64,000 nt of DNA from Burkholderiales bacterium (GTDB lineage Bacteria > Pseudomonadota > Gammaproteobacteria > Burkholderiales > Burkholderiaceae_C): assembly GCA_038208175.1 (NCBI GenBank), contig JBBQZA010000001.1, positions 4,984 to 68,983 of the forward strand, written 5' to 3'. Positions within the stretch are counted from its first letter, which is position 1. The number at the start of each line of letters is the position of its first letter. This document shows positions 12,476 through 23,813 of the stretch, in pieces. The notes under the pieces were generated by a model that did no database searches, was not told the DNA's origin, and worked only from the letters and a program-made list of their open reading frames with translations. The position numbers were made by a program, and so were the translations under genes.

Positions 12476-14341
12476 CTACTCGACTGTCACACTCTTGGCC
12501 AGATTGCGTGGCTTATCGACATCGGTGCCCCTGGCACAAGCGGTGTGATAAGCCAGTAGTTGCAGCGGCACCACATGCAGCAGAGGTGAGAGCTCCCCGT
12601 AATGCTCGGGCATGCGGATCACATGCAGCCCTTCGCCACTCTCGATGCGGGTATCGGCATCGGCCAGCACATAGAGCACGCCGCCTCTGGCGCGCACCTC
12701 GTGCATATTGCTCTTGAGTTTCTCCAGCAAGGCGTCGTTGGGTGCGACAGTGACCACCGGCATGGCACTGGTCACCAGCGCCAGCGGCCCGTGCTTGAGC
12801 TCACCGGCCGGATAGGCCTCGGCATGGATGTAGCTGATTTCCTTGAGTTTCAGAGCCCCTTCCATCGCAATCGGGTAATGCAGACCGCGGCCCAGAAAGA
12901 GCGCGTTCTCCATCTTGGCAAAGTCCTCGGACCAGGCAATCACCTGCGGCTCCAGCGCCAGCACCGCTTGCAAGGCCGTCGGCAAATGGCGCATCGCCTT
13001 CAAGTGTCGCGCTTCCTCAGCGTCGCTGAGTCTGCCCTTGGCCTGGGCCAAGGCCAGCGTCAGCAGAAACAGCCCCGCCAGTTGCGCCGTAAAGGCTTTG
13101 GTCGAGGCGACACCGATCTCGATGCCGGCACGCGTGATGTAAGCCAGCTCGCATTCGCGCACCATGGCGCTGGTGGCGACGTTGCAGATGGTCAGCGTAT
13201 GCGTCATGCCCAGGCTTTGCGCATGGCGCAGGGCCGCCAGCGTATCGGCAGTCTCGCCCGACTGGGTGATGGTCAGCACCAGGGTTTTGGGGTTGGGGAC
13301 TGAATCGCGATACCGGTATTCGCTGGCGACTTCGACCTGGGTCGGGATTTTGGCGATGCTCTCAAGCCAGTATTTGGCGGTGCAACCGCTGTAGTAGCTG
13401 GTGCCACAGGCCAGGATCAGCACCGAATCGATGTCCTTGAAGACGCGCGCGGCACTGGCTTGGCCGTCAAACAGCTCGGGCGCGATGCCATCGACCCCCT
13501 GGAGCGTATCGGCGATGGCGCGTGGCTGCTCAAAAATCTCTTTTTGCATGTAGTGGCGGTACGGTCCGAGCTCGACTGCGCCACTGTGGGCCTGCACCGT
13601 CTTGACTGGGCGTTGCAGGGCTGTCAGCGCCTTGCCAGATTTCTCGAACAGCCAGTATTTGCCCAGTTGCAGATCGGCCACATCGCCTTCGTCGAGGTAG
13701 ACGATCTGGTCGGTCACGCCCACCAGCGCCATGGCGTCGCTGGCCAGAAAGTGTTCCAGGCCATCGGTGCCGACACCCAGCACCAAGGGGGAACCGGCGC
13801 GGGCGCCCACCAGGCGGTGTGGCTCGTCCTTGCAGAAGACGGCAATCGCATAGGCGCCGTGCAGCTGTGGCAGGGCCGCTCGTACGGCCTCGAACAGATC
13901 GCCTTCGTACAGGCTGTCGATCAGGTGGGCGACGACTTCACTATCGGTCTGGCTCTGAAACACATAGCCTTTGGCCTGCAGCAAAACCCGTAACTCGTCA
14001 TGGTTTTCGATGATGCCGTTGTGCACCAGGGCAACCCGGCCTGGACGGCTGGGGGCATCAGGGCCAATACCATGGCTGAAATGGGGATGAGCGTTGTGCA
14101 CGGCCGGCTCGCCGTGGGTGGCCCAGCGGGTGTGGGCAATGCCGGTTGTGCCTTGGAGTTTGCTGGCGCTGACCTGCTCGGCCAACTCCGCTACCCGGGA
14201 CGTGCTGCGCGCCCTTTGCAGGCCGTTGGCAACCACGGCCACACCGCAGGAGTCGTAGCCCCGGTACTCCAGCCGCGCCAGACCCTGTACCAATACAGGA
14301 ACTATGTCTCGACTCGAGACGCCACCGACTATTCCACACAT
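12476..14341 (-). CDS. glmS: Glutamine-fructose-6-phosphate aminotransferase
   Basis: N-terminal [23 protein letters not shown]-terminal [13 protein letters not shown]. Confidence 0.98.
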   Translation of the reverse strand: MCGIVGGVSSRDIVPVLVQGLARLEYRGYDSCGVAVVANGLQRARSTSRVAELAEQVSASKLQGTTGIAHTRWATHGEPAVHNAHPHFSHGIGPDAPSRPGRVALVHNGIIENHDELRVLLQAKGYVFQSQTDSEVVAHLIDSLYEGDLFEAVRAALPQLHGAYAIAVFCKDEPHRLVGARAGSPLVLGVGTDGLEHFLASDAMALVGVTDQIVYLDEGDVADLQLGKYWLFEKSGKALTALQRPVKTVQAHSGAVELGPYRHYMQKEIFEQPRAIADTLQGVDGIAPELFDGQASAARVFKDIDSVLILACGTSYYSGCTAKYWLESIAKIPTQVEVASEYRYRDSVPNPKTLVLTITQSGETADTLAALRHAQSLGMTHTLTICNVATSAMVRECELAYITRAGIEIGVASTKAFTAQLAGLFLLTLALAQAKGRLSDAEEARHLKAMRHLPTALQAVLALEPQVIAWSEDFAKMENALFLGRGLHYPIAMEGALKLKEISYIHAEAYPAGELKHGPLALVTSAMPVVTVAPNDALLEKLKSNMHEVRARGGVLYVLADADTRIESGEGLHVIRMPEHYGELSPLLHVVPLQLLAYHTACARGTDVDKPRNLAKSVTVE

Positions 14342-14653
14342 GGAGAGCTCCTGAAGACGAATGTGTGGATGGTAAAACTGCCATCAAGAAATATGCAGTC
14401 TATATTTATATATTTATGAACTTTTATTTCATTGCTTACAAAACAAGTAGAATAATTCCAGAAATATGTTACAAATGAAATTAAATAACATAAAATCGAC
14501 AGAACGCAAAACCTGACTGGAGCAGCAGGGTGCTGCAAGTAAAACTACTTAAGTTTTAACCCCCTAGCGCCGTGCTGGCTAAGTTGTTAGCATGCAGCTC
14601 TTTGTTGCGCGCCCGAGTGCTCGCTTGTTCGACCTGTACAGCCGGAGAGAGAT

Positions 14654-15427
14654 TTGTCAGCGGAGTTTATTCTTGAAACACGTGGATTGACCAAGGAATT
14701 CAAGGGATTCGTGGCGGTCAACAAGGTCGATCTTAAAGTCAGGCGCGGTCACATCCACGCGCTGATCGGCCCCAATGGCGCTGGCAAAACCACCTTCTTC
14801 AATTTGCTGACCAAGTTTCTGCACCCGAGCAGCGGCAGCATTGCGTTCAACGGTGTCGACATCACAACCGAAAAGCCGGCACAAACGGCGCGTCGCGGCA
14901 TTGTCCGTTCGTTCCAGATTTCCGCGGTGTTTCCGCACATGACGGTGCTGGAAAACGTGCGTGCCGCCTTGCAGCGCAATCTGGGCACCTCTTTTCATTT
15001 CTGGAAAGCCGAGAGCACCTTGACACCGCTGCACGCTCGCGCCCACGAACTGCTGGCTGCAGTGGATCTGCAGGACTTCCATGACGAACTCACCGTCAAC
15101 CTGCCCTATGGGCGCAAGCGCGCTCTGGAACTGGCAACCACGCTGGCGCTGGAGCCGGAGCTGATGCTGCTTGATGAACCGACCCAGGGCATGGGCCACG
15201 AAGACGTGGACCGCGTCACGCAATTGATCAAGAAAGTGTCGGCCGGGCGCACCATTCTGATGGTCGAACACAATATGAACGTGGTGGCCAAGATTGCCGA
15301 CCGCATCACGGTGCTGCAGCGCGGCGCCATCATCGCCGATGGCCCTTATGCCGAGGTGTCGAGCAATCCGCTGGTGATCGAAGCCTACATGGGCACGGCA
15401 GACACCGCGCTGCAGGGAGCCCATTGA
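14654..15427 (+). CDS. Branched-chain amino acid ABC transporter ATP-binding protein (LivG-like), TTG start
   Basis: GPNGAGKTT, RSFQISAVF, LLDEPTQG, VEHNM. Confidence 0.9.
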   Translation: MSAEFILETRGLTKEFKGFVAVNKVDLKVRRGHIHALIGPNGAGKTTFFNLLTKFLHPSSGSIAFNGVDITTEKPAQTARRGIVRSFQISAVFPHMTVLENVRAALQRNLGTSFHFWKAESTLTPLHARAHELLAAVDLQDFHDELTVNLPYGRKRALELATTLALEPELMLLDEPTQGMGHEDVDRVTQLIKKVSAGRTILMVEHNMNVVAKIADRITVLQRGAIIADGPYAEVSSNPLVIEAYMGTADTALQGAH

Positions 15428-16143
15428 ATATGGTGAATATGGCCCCCGAGCTGCTGAAAATAGAAGACTTGCACGCCTGGTATGGTGAGTCGCACATCCT
15501 GCACGGCGTCAACCTGACGGTGCACCAGGGTGAGGTGGTGACGCTGCTCGGGCGCAACGGCGCCGGACGTACCACCACGCTGCGCGCCATTGTCGGCCTG
15601 ACCGGCAAGCGCAAGGGCAGCATCAAGATCAACGCTACCGAGGCCATCCATCTGGCGCCGCACAAGGTGGCACACCTGGGCGTCGGTTATTGCCCGGAAG
15701 AGCGCGGCATTTTTGCCAGCCTGACGGCCGAAGAAAACCTGATGCTGCCGCCGACCCTCGCTGCCGGCGGCATGAGCGTGGCAGAGATATACACGATGTT
15801 TCCGAACCTGAAAGAGCGCGCCGCGAGCCCCGGTACGCGCCTGTCAGGCGGCGAGCAGCAGATGCTGGCGGTGGCGCGCATTTTGCGCACCGGCGCACGC
15901 TTGCTGCTGCTGGACGAAATGTCGGAAGGGCTGGCGCCGGTGATCGTGCAAAAGCTCGCCGAGATGATTCTGGCGCTCAAGGCCAAAGGCTATACGATTG
16001 TGCTGGTGGAACAGAATTTCCGCTTTGCTGCGCCGCTGGCAGACCGCTTTTATGTGATGGAACATGGCATCATCGTGAAACAGTTTGCCCAAGCAGAACT
16101 GAAGCAGAACATGAGCATGCTGCAGGAATACCTGGGCGTCTGA
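15424..16143 (+). CDS. Branched-chain amino acid ABC transporter ATP-binding protein (LivF-like)
   Basis: GRNGAGRTT, LSGGEQQML, LLDEMSEGLAP. Confidence 0.9.
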   Translation: MNMVNMAPELLKIEDLHAWYGESHILHGVNLTVHQGEVVTLLGRNGAGRTTTLRAIVGLTGKRKGSIKINATEAIHLAPHKVAHLGVGYCPEERGIFASLTAEENLMLPPTLAAGGMSVAEIYTMFPNLKERAASPGTRLSGGEQQMLAVARILRTGARLLLLDEMSEGLAPVIVQKLAEMILALKAKGYTIVLVEQNFRFAAPLADRFYVMEHGIIVKQFAQAELKQNMSMLQEYLGV

Positions 16144-16182
16144 CGCCCGCCTTTTTTTTACCCTAACCAACTTGGAGACACT

Positions 16183-17376
16183 ATGAAACTCAACACTCTC
16201 GTCACTGCCATGACCCTTGGATTTGCCACTTGCGCCTTTGCGCAGGCACCAGGCCCGGTCCGTATCGGTTTCATCACCGACATGTCCAGTCTTTACGCTG
16301 ACATCGATGGCCCGGCCGGCGGTGAAATGATCAAATGGGCGGCACAGGATTTCGGCGGCAAGGTGCTGAACCGCCCGATTGAAGTGCTGACCGCCGACCA
16401 CCAGAACAAGGCTGACGTGGCCAGTTCCAAAGCGCGCGAATGGATGGACAAGGAAAACCTGGCGCTGCTGATCGGCGGCACCAACTCCGGAACCTCGCTG
16501 GCCATGTCCAAAGTCGCTCTGGAGAAGAAACGCCCCTTCATCGCGATTGGTGCCGGCTCGGCCCGGCTGACCAACGAAGACTGCACACCCTACAGCATTC
16601 ACTACGCCTATGACACCGTATCTCTGGCCAAAGTAGCCGGTACGGCGCTGGTCAAGGCCGGCAACAAGAGCTGGTACTTCCTCACTGCCGACTACGCCTT
16701 TGGTTACTCGCTGGAAGGTGATGCTGCCAACGTTGTCAAAGCCAATGGCGGCACCGTGGCCGGAGCCGCACGGCATCCACTGAATGCCTCCGACTTCTCT
16801 GCCTTCCTGTTGCAAGCGCAGGCTTCCAAGGCACAGATTCTGGGGCTGGCCAACGCCGGCGGCGACTTTACCAATGCCATGAAAGCGGCCAAGGAATTCG
16901 GCATCACGAAAACGATGAAGGTAGCCGGCCTGCTGGTGTTCATCAACGATGTGCACAGTCTGGGCTTGGCCAACACCGAAGGCCTGCAACTTGCCGACAG
17001 CTGGTACTGGAACCAGGACGAAGCGTCGCGCAAGTTTGCCAAGCGCTTTTTTGAGAAATACAAGCGCATGCCATCGAGCCTGCAAGCGGCTGACTATTCG
17101 GCAGCCTTCAACTATCTGAAGGCGGTGCAGAGCGCTGGCACGACGGATGGCGACAAGGTCATGAGCACGCTGAAGACCATGAAGTTCGACGACTTCTATA
17201 GCAAGGGCCAGATTCGCGCCGACGGTCGCATGATTCACGACATGTACCTGTTCGAGGTCAAATCCAGCAAGGATTCGACGACACCGTGGGATTACTACAA
17301 GACCATCGCCAAGATCCCCGGCGAGCAGGCTTTCACGACCGTCGCCGACTCCAAGTGCTCCTTGCTGAAGAAGTAA
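16183..17376 (+). CDS. Branched-chain amino acid ABC transporter substrate-binding protein
   Basis: Signal peptide; TDMSSLYAD, ADHQNKADVA, G.IRADGR motifs. Confidence 0.9.
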   Translation: MKLNTLVTAMTLGFATCAFAQAPGPVRIGFITDMSSLYADIDGPAGGEMIKWAAQDFGGKVLNRPIEVLTADHQNKADVASSKAREWMDKENLALLIGGTNSGTSLAMSKVALEKKRPFIAIGAGSARLTNEDCTPYSIHYAYDTVSLAKVAGTALVKAGNKSWYFLTADYAFGYSLEGDAANVVKANGGTVAGAARHPLNASDFSAFLLQAQASKAQILGLANAGGDFTNAMKAAKEFGITKTMKVAGLLVFINDVHSLGLANTEGLQLADSWYWNQDEASRKFAKRFFEKYKRMPSSLQAADYSAAFNYLKAVQSAGTTDGDKVMSTLKTMKFDDFYSKGQIRADGRMIHDMYLFEVKSSKDSTTPWDYYKTIAKIPGEQAFTTVADSKCSLLKK

Positions 17377-17416
17377 GCTAGCGCCTCACCCAACCCTCTG
17401 TCCGGCGGGCAGGGGG

Positions 17417-18316
17417 ATGACATTAGATGACATGGAAATTTTCGGTATTCCACTTCAGGCTTTTCTGGGCCAGCTGCTGTTGGGCTTGGTGAATGGCGCT
17501 TTTTACGCCATGCTCAGCCTCGGTCTGGCGGTCATCTTTGGCCTGCTCGGCGTGGTCAATTTTGCGCACGGCGCGCTCTACATGCTGGGCGCTTTTGCGG
17601 CCTGGATCATGCTTGACAAGCTCGGCATCAACTACTGGTTTGCGCTGGTTTTAGCGCCGCTGGTCGTGGGCATGCTGGGCGTCGTTATTGAGCGCCTTTT
17701 CCTGAAGCATCTGTACAAACTCGACCCGCTCTATGGCTTGCTGCTGACCTTTGGGCTGGCGCTGATTGCCGAGGGCGTCTTCCGCGAACTGTATGGCGCA
17801 TCGGGCCAGAATTACGATGTACCGGCGCTGTTGTCGGGCGCCACCAATCTGGGTTTCATGGTGCTGCCAAACTACCGTGCCTGGGTCGTGCTGGTGTCGT
17901 TGCTGGTTTGCCTGGGAACCTGGTACCTGATTGAGCGCACGCGGCTCGGTGCCTACCTGCGCGCCGGCACCGAAAACGCGCCGCTGGTGCAGGCTTTTGG
18001 CATCAATGTGCCGATGATGGTGATGCTGACTTATGGCGCCGGCGCTGCGCTCGCGGCACTGGCCGGCGTGCTCGCCGCCCCCATCATTCAGGTCAACCCA
18101 CTGATGGGCTCGAACCTGATCATCGTCGTGTTTGCCGTGGTCGTGATCGGTGGCATGGGCTCCATCATGGGCTCGATCCTGAGCGGACTCGGACTCGGTG
18201 TGATCGAGGGGTTGACCCGCGTGTTCTATCCGGAAGCATCCGGCATTGTGGTGTTCATCATCATGGTCATCGTGCTGATGATTCGCCCGGCCGGCCTGTT
18301 TGGCAAGGAAATTTGA
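17417..18316 (+). CDS. Branched-chain amino acid ABC transporter permease (LivH-like)
   Basis: GVVNFAHG, VVVIGGMGS; hydrophobic. Confidence 0.9.
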   Translation: MTLDDMEIFGIPLQAFLGQLLLGLVNGAFYAMLSLGLAVIFGLLGVVNFAHGALYMLGAFAAWIMLDKLGINYWFALVLAPLVVGMLGVVIERLFLKHLYKLDPLYGLLLTFGLALIAEGVFRELYGASGQNYDVPALLSGATNLGFMVLPNYRAWVVLVSLLVCLGTWYLIERTRLGAYLRAGTENAPLVQAFGINVPMMVMLTYGAGAALAALAGVLAAPIIQVNPLMGSNLIIVVFAVVVIGGMGSIMGSILSGLGLGVIEGLTRVFYPEASGIVVFIIMVIVLMIRPAGLFGKEI

Positions 18317-19275
18317 GCATGACCGCATCTGCCAAACTGATCCGCATCACGTACCTGGGATTGCTGCTGCTGGCGCTGGTAGCGCCGATGATCGGGCTCT
18401 ATCCGGTGTTTGTGATGAAGCTGCTGTGCTTTGCCATTTTTGCCTGCGCCTTCAACCTGCTCTTGGGCTTCACCGGCCTGCTTTCGTTTGGCCACGCCGC
18501 CTTCTTCGGCTCTGCCGCCTACATCACCGCCTGGCTTATCAAGGCGCAGCACTGGACGCCGGAGCTGGGCATTCTGGCCGGCGTCCTGGGTTCCGGCCTG
18601 ATCGGCCTGGTGGTCGGCGCAGTGGCGATCCGGCGTCAGGGTATTTACTTCGCCATGATCACCATGGCGATCGCCCAGATGGTCTATTTCATTGGCTTGC
18701 AGGCACCCTTTACCGGCGGTGAAGACGGTTTGCAGGGGGTTCCGCGTGGCGCCCTGTTCGGCGTTTTTTCGCTGGCTTCCGACACCGCCATGTACTACCT
18801 GGTGGTTGCGATATTTGTGGCAACCTTTCTGGCGATCTCGCGCATCGTGCATTCGCCGTTCGGCCAGGTGCTGAAAATGATCCGGGAGAACGAGCCGCGC
18901 GCCATTTCGCTGGGCTACCAGGTGGACCGCTACAAGCTGCTGGCGTTTGTTCTGTCGGCCGCGCTATCGGGTCTGGCCGGATCCCTGAAGATGCTGGTGA
19001 TGGGATTTGCCACGCTGTCGGACGTGCATTGGTCGATGTCGGGCGAAGTCATCCTGATGACGCTGCTGGGCGGCGTTGGCACTTTTTTCGGTCCAGTCCT
19101 GGGTGCCGGCATCGTGATCTCGCTGCAGGACACGCTGGCCGACAAGGTGGGTTCCTGGGTTAACGTCATCATCGGCGTCATTTTTGTGCTGTGCGTGCTG
19201 GCCTTTCGCAAGGGCGTGGTTGGCGAGTTGCAGGCCTTTCTGGAACGCCGCAGACACGCCGCGGAAAAGCCCTAA
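18313..19275 (+). CDS. Branched-chain amino acid ABC transporter permease (LivM-like)
   Basis: GLLSFGHAAFFG, TGGEDG, IRENEPRA, LLGGVGTFFGP. Confidence 0.9.
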   Translation: MSMTASAKLIRITYLGLLLLALVAPMIGLYPVFVMKLLCFAIFACAFNLLLGFTGLLSFGHAAFFGSAAYITAWLIKAQHWTPELGILAGVLGSGLIGLVVGAVAIRRQGIYFAMITMAIAQMVYFIGLQAPFTGGEDGLQGVPRGALFGVFSLASDTAMYYLVVAIFVATFLAISRIVHSPFGQVLKMIRENEPRAISLGYQVDRYKLLAFVLSAALSGLAGSLKMLVMGFATLSDVHWSMSGEVILMTLLGGVGTFFGPVLGAGIVISLQDTLADKVGSWVNVIIGVIFVLCVLAFRKGVVGELQAFLERRRHAAEKP

Positions 19276-19305
19276 GCGAGCAAGCCGCCTCCAACCCGAA
19301 AAACC

Positions 19306-19800
19306 ATGGGCGAACTGGTCCTGGATACCACCGACCTGCAATTGCTGGCGCAGTTGCAAAACGACTCTTCGCTAAGCAATCAGACTCTGGCGGAGCGCGT
19401 TCACATTTCACCGCCCACCTGTTTGCGACGCGTCAGGCACCTGCATGAGCTTGGGCTGATCGAGCGCGAAATTGCCATCCTCAGCATCGACAAACTGGCA
19501 TCGGTTGCGGGCCACGGCCTGTGCGCGATTGTGGAAATCACGCTGGACCGTCAGGACAACGAAGCCCTGGAAGCGTTCGAGCAACGCGTTGCCGCGCAAG
19601 ACGCCGTGCAGCAGTGTTACCGCGTATCGCCCGGACCCGATTTTTGTCTGGTGGTGCACGCCGCCGACATGCCCGGCTACCTGGCGCTGGTGCAACGGCT
19701 TTTTACAGCCGATGCGAATGTGCGCAATGTGAAGACCTTCTTCAGCATCAAGCGCAGCAAATTTGGCGCCAAGGTGAAACTGCCGGGTAAGTCGGCATAG
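19306..19800 (+). CDS. Lrp/AsnC family transcriptional regulator
   Basis: LD.TD..LL..LQ.D N-terminus, SPPTCLRRV HTH, C-terminal RAM domain. Confidence 0.92.
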   Translation: MGELVLDTTDLQLLAQLQNDSSLSNQTLAERVHISPPTCLRRVRHLHELGLIEREIAILSIDKLASVAGHGLCAIVEITLDRQDNEALEAFEQRVAAQDAVQQCYRVSPGPDFCLVVHAADMPGYLALVQRLFTADANVRNVKTFFSIKRSKFGAKVKLPGKSA

Positions 19801-19834
19801 AACTCGTTACCAGGTTTAAGGGGGAAACCAAAGT

Positions 19835-20046
19835 AAAGGCCAGAGTTTTGAAGGCGGCTACCGCGTCCCCTTGATTGCCAGTTGGCCGTGCCCCTGTTCA
19901 TGCTGTTCAATCTGAAAGCCGATCCGGGCGAAGCCTACAACCTGGCAGATCGCTACCCGCAGCGTGTGAACGTCTTCAAAGAAAAAATGATGCGATGGGA
20001 AGAGCAACTGCTGCGTGATCCGATCGGGCGACTGCGCCTAGCTTGA
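19835..20046 (+). pseudogene. Sulfatase remnant (two short segments)
   Basis: 19835-19888 reads KGQSFEGGYRVPLIASWP; 19900-20046 reads MLFNLKADPGEAYNLADRYP.... Both are typical arylsulfatase motifs; the rest of the gene is absent. Confidence 0.7.
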
Positions 20047-21477
20047 TTTGCTGGGCCGCTTCCAGTTGGGGATACTCACCTGGCGGGCCCGGGCCACGCT
20101 CAAGGCGCCGGCTGGCGTGTCTTTGCTGAGCGTCGAACCACCGCCCACGGTACCGCCGGCGCCTAGGGTCACGGGCGCAATCAGCACGCAGTTGCTGCCG
20201 ATGTGCACATCGGCTTCGATGATGGTGCGGTGCTTGAACGCACCGTCGTAATTGGCGGTGATGCTGCCGGCGCCAAAATTGACGCGCTCTCCGACCGTGG
20301 CATCACCCAGATACGCCAGGTGATTGGCCTTGGCGCCCTGGGCCAGCGTTGAGTTCTTGATTTCGACAAAATTGCCGACATGCACTTCAGCACCCAGTTT
20401 GGCGCCAGCGCGCAGACGTGCAAACGGACCGACCAGAGCGCCAGCGCCGACTTCGACAAAATCTTTGATACCGGCTTTGCCGCCCTCGATGTGGGTAAAG
20501 GGATGAATCACGGCGCCGGCGCCAATCGTCGCGTTTGAGATGACACAGTTTGCGCCTATCCTGACGTCATCCGCGAGTTTGACCAGCCCCTCAAAAACAC
20601 AGTTCACATCGATCGACACGTCTTGCCCGCACTGCAATGTGCCGCGCACATCGAGCCGTGCCGGATCGGCCAGGCGCACACCCTGCCGCATCAACTGTTC
20701 CGCCGTGCGTCTTTGACAGGCACGCTCCAGTTCGGCCAGTTGCGCCGGACTGTTGATGCCAGCCACCTGCAGGGCGTCCGAAATCTTGTGGGCGACAACC
20801 GGCACACCATCGGCGACGGCAAATTTGACGACATCCGTGAGGTAGTACTCACCTTGAACGTTCTTGTTGTCCAGCCGCGCCAGCCATGACTTGAGGTGGC
20901 GCGCGGGCACGGCCATGATGCCGCTGTAAACCTCGGTGATGGCGCGCTGCTTTGCGCTGGCGTCCTTCTGCTCGACGATGGCCTGCACTACCTCGCCGCT
21001 GCGCAGAATGCGGCCATAGCCGGTGGGGTCGGAAAAATCAATGGTCAAGAGTGCCAACTTGTCACCGCCACAGGCTGCAATCAAGTGCTGCAAAGTGTCG
21101 GCGCGAATCAACGGCACGTCGCCCGACAGCACCAACGCGATGCCGTCATCGCGCAGCGCTGGCAGCGCCTGCTGCACTGCGTGCCCCGTGCCCAGTTGCG
21201 GTTCCTGGCGCACAAAGTCGAGCTTGAAGCCGGATGCAGAACCGATCGCAACCGTCACTGCGGCCTCAACCTCTGCAGCGCCGTGCCCGCTGATGACGAC
21301 CACCTGACGCGCCGATAATTCAGCCGCCGTGTCTAGCACATGCTGCAACAAAGCACGCCCGGCCAAAAGGTGCAACACTTTGGGTAGTTTGCTTTTCATG
21401 CGCGTGCCTTTGCCGGCCGCCATGATCAACACGTCCACCGCGCCTGGCGTTGTGGCTTTAGGGGAAATATCTGCCAT
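20038..21477 (-). CDS. glmU: Bifunctional UDP-GlcNAc pyrophosphorylase/glucosamine-1-phosphate acetyltransferase
   Basis: MAAGKGTRMKSKLPKVLH, EYYLTD, GPFARLR, NYDG; exact start uncertain (21477 or 21489). Confidence 0.97.
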   Translation of the reverse strand: MADISPKATTPGAVDVLIMAAGKGTRMKSKLPKVLHLLAGRALLQHVLDTAAELSARQVVVISGHGAAEVEAAVTVAIGSASGFKLDFVRQEPQLGTGHAVQQALPALRDDGIALVLSGDVPLIRADTLQHLIAACGGDKLALLTIDFSDPTGYGRILRSGEVVQAIVEQKDASAKQRAITEVYSGIMAVPARHLKSWLARLDNKNVQGEYYLTDVVKFAVADGVPVVAHKISDALQVAGINSPAQLAELERACQRRTAEQLMRQGVRLADPARLDVRGTLQCGQDVSIDVNCVFEGLVKLADDVRIGANCVISNATIGAGAVIHPFTHIEGGKAGIKDFVEVGAGALVGPFARLRAGAKLGAEVHVGNFVEIKNSTLAQGAKANHLAYLGDATVGERVNFGAGSITANYDGAFKHRTIIEADVHIGSNCVLIAPVTLGAGGTVGGGSTLSKDTPAGALSVARARQVSIPNWKRPSKSS

Positions 21478-22381
21478 GTCCGACTCCAATCTGTCAAGCG
21501 CTCAACGCCTGGATTTTCGTCATATTATCGGCGTGCTGCTGATTCTGGCCATGGCACTTTGGCTGTGCGCATGCAGCGCCACCAAATTAGCCTACCAGAA
21601 CGCCCCCGAGTTGGGTTATTGGTGGCTCGACAGCTACTTTGACTTTAACGACTCGCAATCACTGAGGCTGCGCGAAGACCTGGCCGCCCTGCAGACCTGG
21701 CACCGAAAGTACGAACTGCCGGTGTATGTCAAGACGCTGGAAAAGCTGCAGAAAGTGGCGCCGCTCGACGCCACGCCAGAGCAGTTCTGCGATCTGTATG
21801 CCGAGGTAAAAACCCACATGCAGGCCGTCCTCGATCAATTCGAGCCGACCGTCAGCGCGATGGCGCCGGCACTCAAACCCGCGCAGGTCGATCATCTGGG
21901 ACGACAACTCGACAAGCGAAGACAGAAATGGCGTGACGACTGGCTCGAAGCCACACCGGCCGGGCGCCAGAATCGGCGCGTCAAACAATTGACAGAGCGC
22001 ATCGAAACGTTTTACGGCCGCTTGGACGAACCCCAGCTTGCCGTGCTGCGCGCCGGACTGTTGGCCTCTCCCTTCGACGTCAACCTGATTTACCGCGAAT
22101 CCCAGCAACGCCAGAAGGACATTGTGCAGACGCTGCGCCAGATTCAAGGTGCAAGGCCAGGCGCGCCAGAACTCAAGACGGCAATGCGGTCCCTGCTGGT
22201 CCGCTTCATGGAATCGCCCGATCCGGTCTACCGCAACTACATGGAAACCATGACGCACGCCACTTGCCGGACGCTTGCCTCCTTGCACAACAGCAGCACA
22301 CCAGCGCAGCGCCAGCACCTGTTCGAAACGCTGAAAGACTATCAGGCCGACGCACGCTCCCTGCTGCTTCCCACTCGGTGA
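21476..22381 (+). CDS. Lipoprotein, DUF6279-like
   Basis: Hydrophobic stretch ending in lipobox LCAC; AYQNAPEL.YWWLD.Y.D motif; start uncertain. Confidence 0.65.
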   Translation: MSDSNLSSAQRLDFRHIIGVLLILAMALWLCACSATKLAYQNAPELGYWWLDSYFDFNDSQSLRLREDLAALQTWHRKYELPVYVKTLEKLQKVAPLDATPEQFCDLYAEVKTHMQAVLDQFEPTVSAMAPALKPAQVDHLGRQLDKRRQKWRDDWLEATPAGRQNRRVKQLTERIETFYGRLDEPQLAVLRAGLLASPFDVNLIYRESQQRQKDIVQTLRQIQGARPGAPELKTAMRSLLVRFMESPDPVYRNYMETMTHATCRTLASLHNSSTPAQRQHLFETLKDYQADARSLLLPTR

Positions 22382-22399
22382 AAAACCTTAAGATCCGAC

Positions 22400-23797
22400 A
22401 TGGCCATCAGCGTATTTGACCTCTTCAAAATCGGTATCGGACCGAGCAGCTCGCACACCGTAGGGCCGATGCGCGCCGCGCGGCTTTTTGCCATGGCGTT
22501 GCAACGCGATGGCCTGCTTCCGACCACAGCGAATGTGAAATGCGAGCTCTACGGCTCGCTCGGCGCCACCGGCAAGGGGCACAGCTCGGATTCGGCTGTC
22601 ATGCTGGGCCTGATGGGGCACAGCCCGGACACGGTGGATGTGCCAGCAGTGCCCGAAATGATCCGCACCGTACGCGCCAGCCAGAAGCTCGCCTTGCTGG
22701 GCAGCCACCCCATCAGTTTCAAGGAAACAGAACACCTGTTGTTCAATCGGCACGAAGCCTTGACTGAACATCCCAATGGCATGAAATTCAGCGCAATGGA
22801 CGCCGATGGCAAACTGCTCAGACAGACCAAATACCTCAGCGTCGGCGGTGGTTTTGTCGTCACGGCGGGTGCCGCCAACGAGGCCGTTTTGCATGCCTTC
22901 GAGAAGACACCTTACCCCTTCACTTCAGGCGATGACCTGCTGCGCTTATGTCAACAGCATGGCCTGAGCATCAGCCAGTTGATGTGGGCCAATGAACGCA
23001 CCTGGCGCAGCGGCGCGGACATCCGTGCCGGTCTGTTGGTGATCTGGCGCGTGATGCGCGAATGCGTGCAGCGCGGGTTGACGAGTGAGGGCACGCTGCC
23101 GGGCCCGTTCAAGGTTCCGCGCCGTGCACCCGTGCTGGCGGCGCAGTTGCGTGAGCGCGCTGAACGGGACTTGGCCGACCCCTTGTCGGTACTGGACTGG
23201 ATCAATGTCTACGCCTTTGCCGTGAACGAGGAGAACGCCTCCGGCGGACGCGTCGTGACGGCGCCAACGAATGGTGCGGCGGGCGTCATTCCTGCGGTCT
23301 TGCACTACTGCGACCGCTTCATCCTCAATCCCGGCAAGCGCAGCGACGAGGACGCAGAAGATGCCGTCATCGAGTTCCTGATGACCGCTGCCGCGATCGG
23401 CATTTTGTACAAACTCAATGCCTCCATCAGCGGCGCCGAAGTCGGCTGCCAGGGTGAAATTGGCGTTGCCTGCTCGATGGCGGCGGCCGGCTTGGCGGCG
23501 CTATTGGGCGGTAGCCCGGAGCAGGTCGAAAACGCGGCCGAGATCGGCATGGAACACAACCTGGGCCTGACCTGCGACCCGATCGGTGGCCTGGTGCAAG
23601 TGCCTTGCATCGAGCGCAATGCGATGGGCGCCGTCAAGGCCGTCAACGCAGCGCGCATGGCGATGGCCGGCAATGGCCAGCATGTGGTCTCGCTCGACAA
23701 GGTGATCAAGACCATGCGCGAGACCGGCGCCGACATGAAAACCAAATACAAGGAAACGTCGCGCGGCGGGTTGGCTGTGAATATTGTGGAGTGCTGA
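22400..23797 (+). CDS. sdaA: L-serine ammonia-lyase (Fe-S)
   Basis: [41 protein letters not shown]. Confidence 0.97.
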   Translation: MAISVFDLFKIGIGPSSSHTVGPMRAARLFAMALQRDGLLPTTANVKCELYGSLGATGKGHSSDSAVMLGLMGHSPDTVDVPAVPEMIRTVRASQKLALLGSHPISFKETEHLLFNRHEALTEHPNGMKFSAMDADGKLLRQTKYLSVGGGFVVTAGAANEAVLHAFEKTPYPFTSGDDLLRLCQQHGLSISQLMWANERTWRSGADIRAGLLVIWRVMRECVQRGLTSEGTLPGPFKVPRRAPVLAAQLRERAERDLADPLSVLDWINVYAFAVNEENASGGRVVTAPTNGAAGVIPAVLHYCDRFILNPGKRSDEDAEDAVIEFLMTAAAIGILYKLNASISGAEVGCQGEIGVACSMAAAGLAALLGGSPEQVENAAEIGMEHNLGLTCDPIGGLVQVPCIERNAMGAVKAVNAARMAMAGNGQHVVSLDKVIKTMRETGADMKTKYKETSRGGLAVNIVEC

Positions 23798-23813
23798 TGC
23801 GTCCCTTGTACCG

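Noticed and set aside
14342-14653. glmS ribozyme upstream of glmS
   Set aside because: The leader is AT-rich promoter-like DNA with no recognisable ribozyme core; that RNA is mainly found in Gram-positive bacteria.
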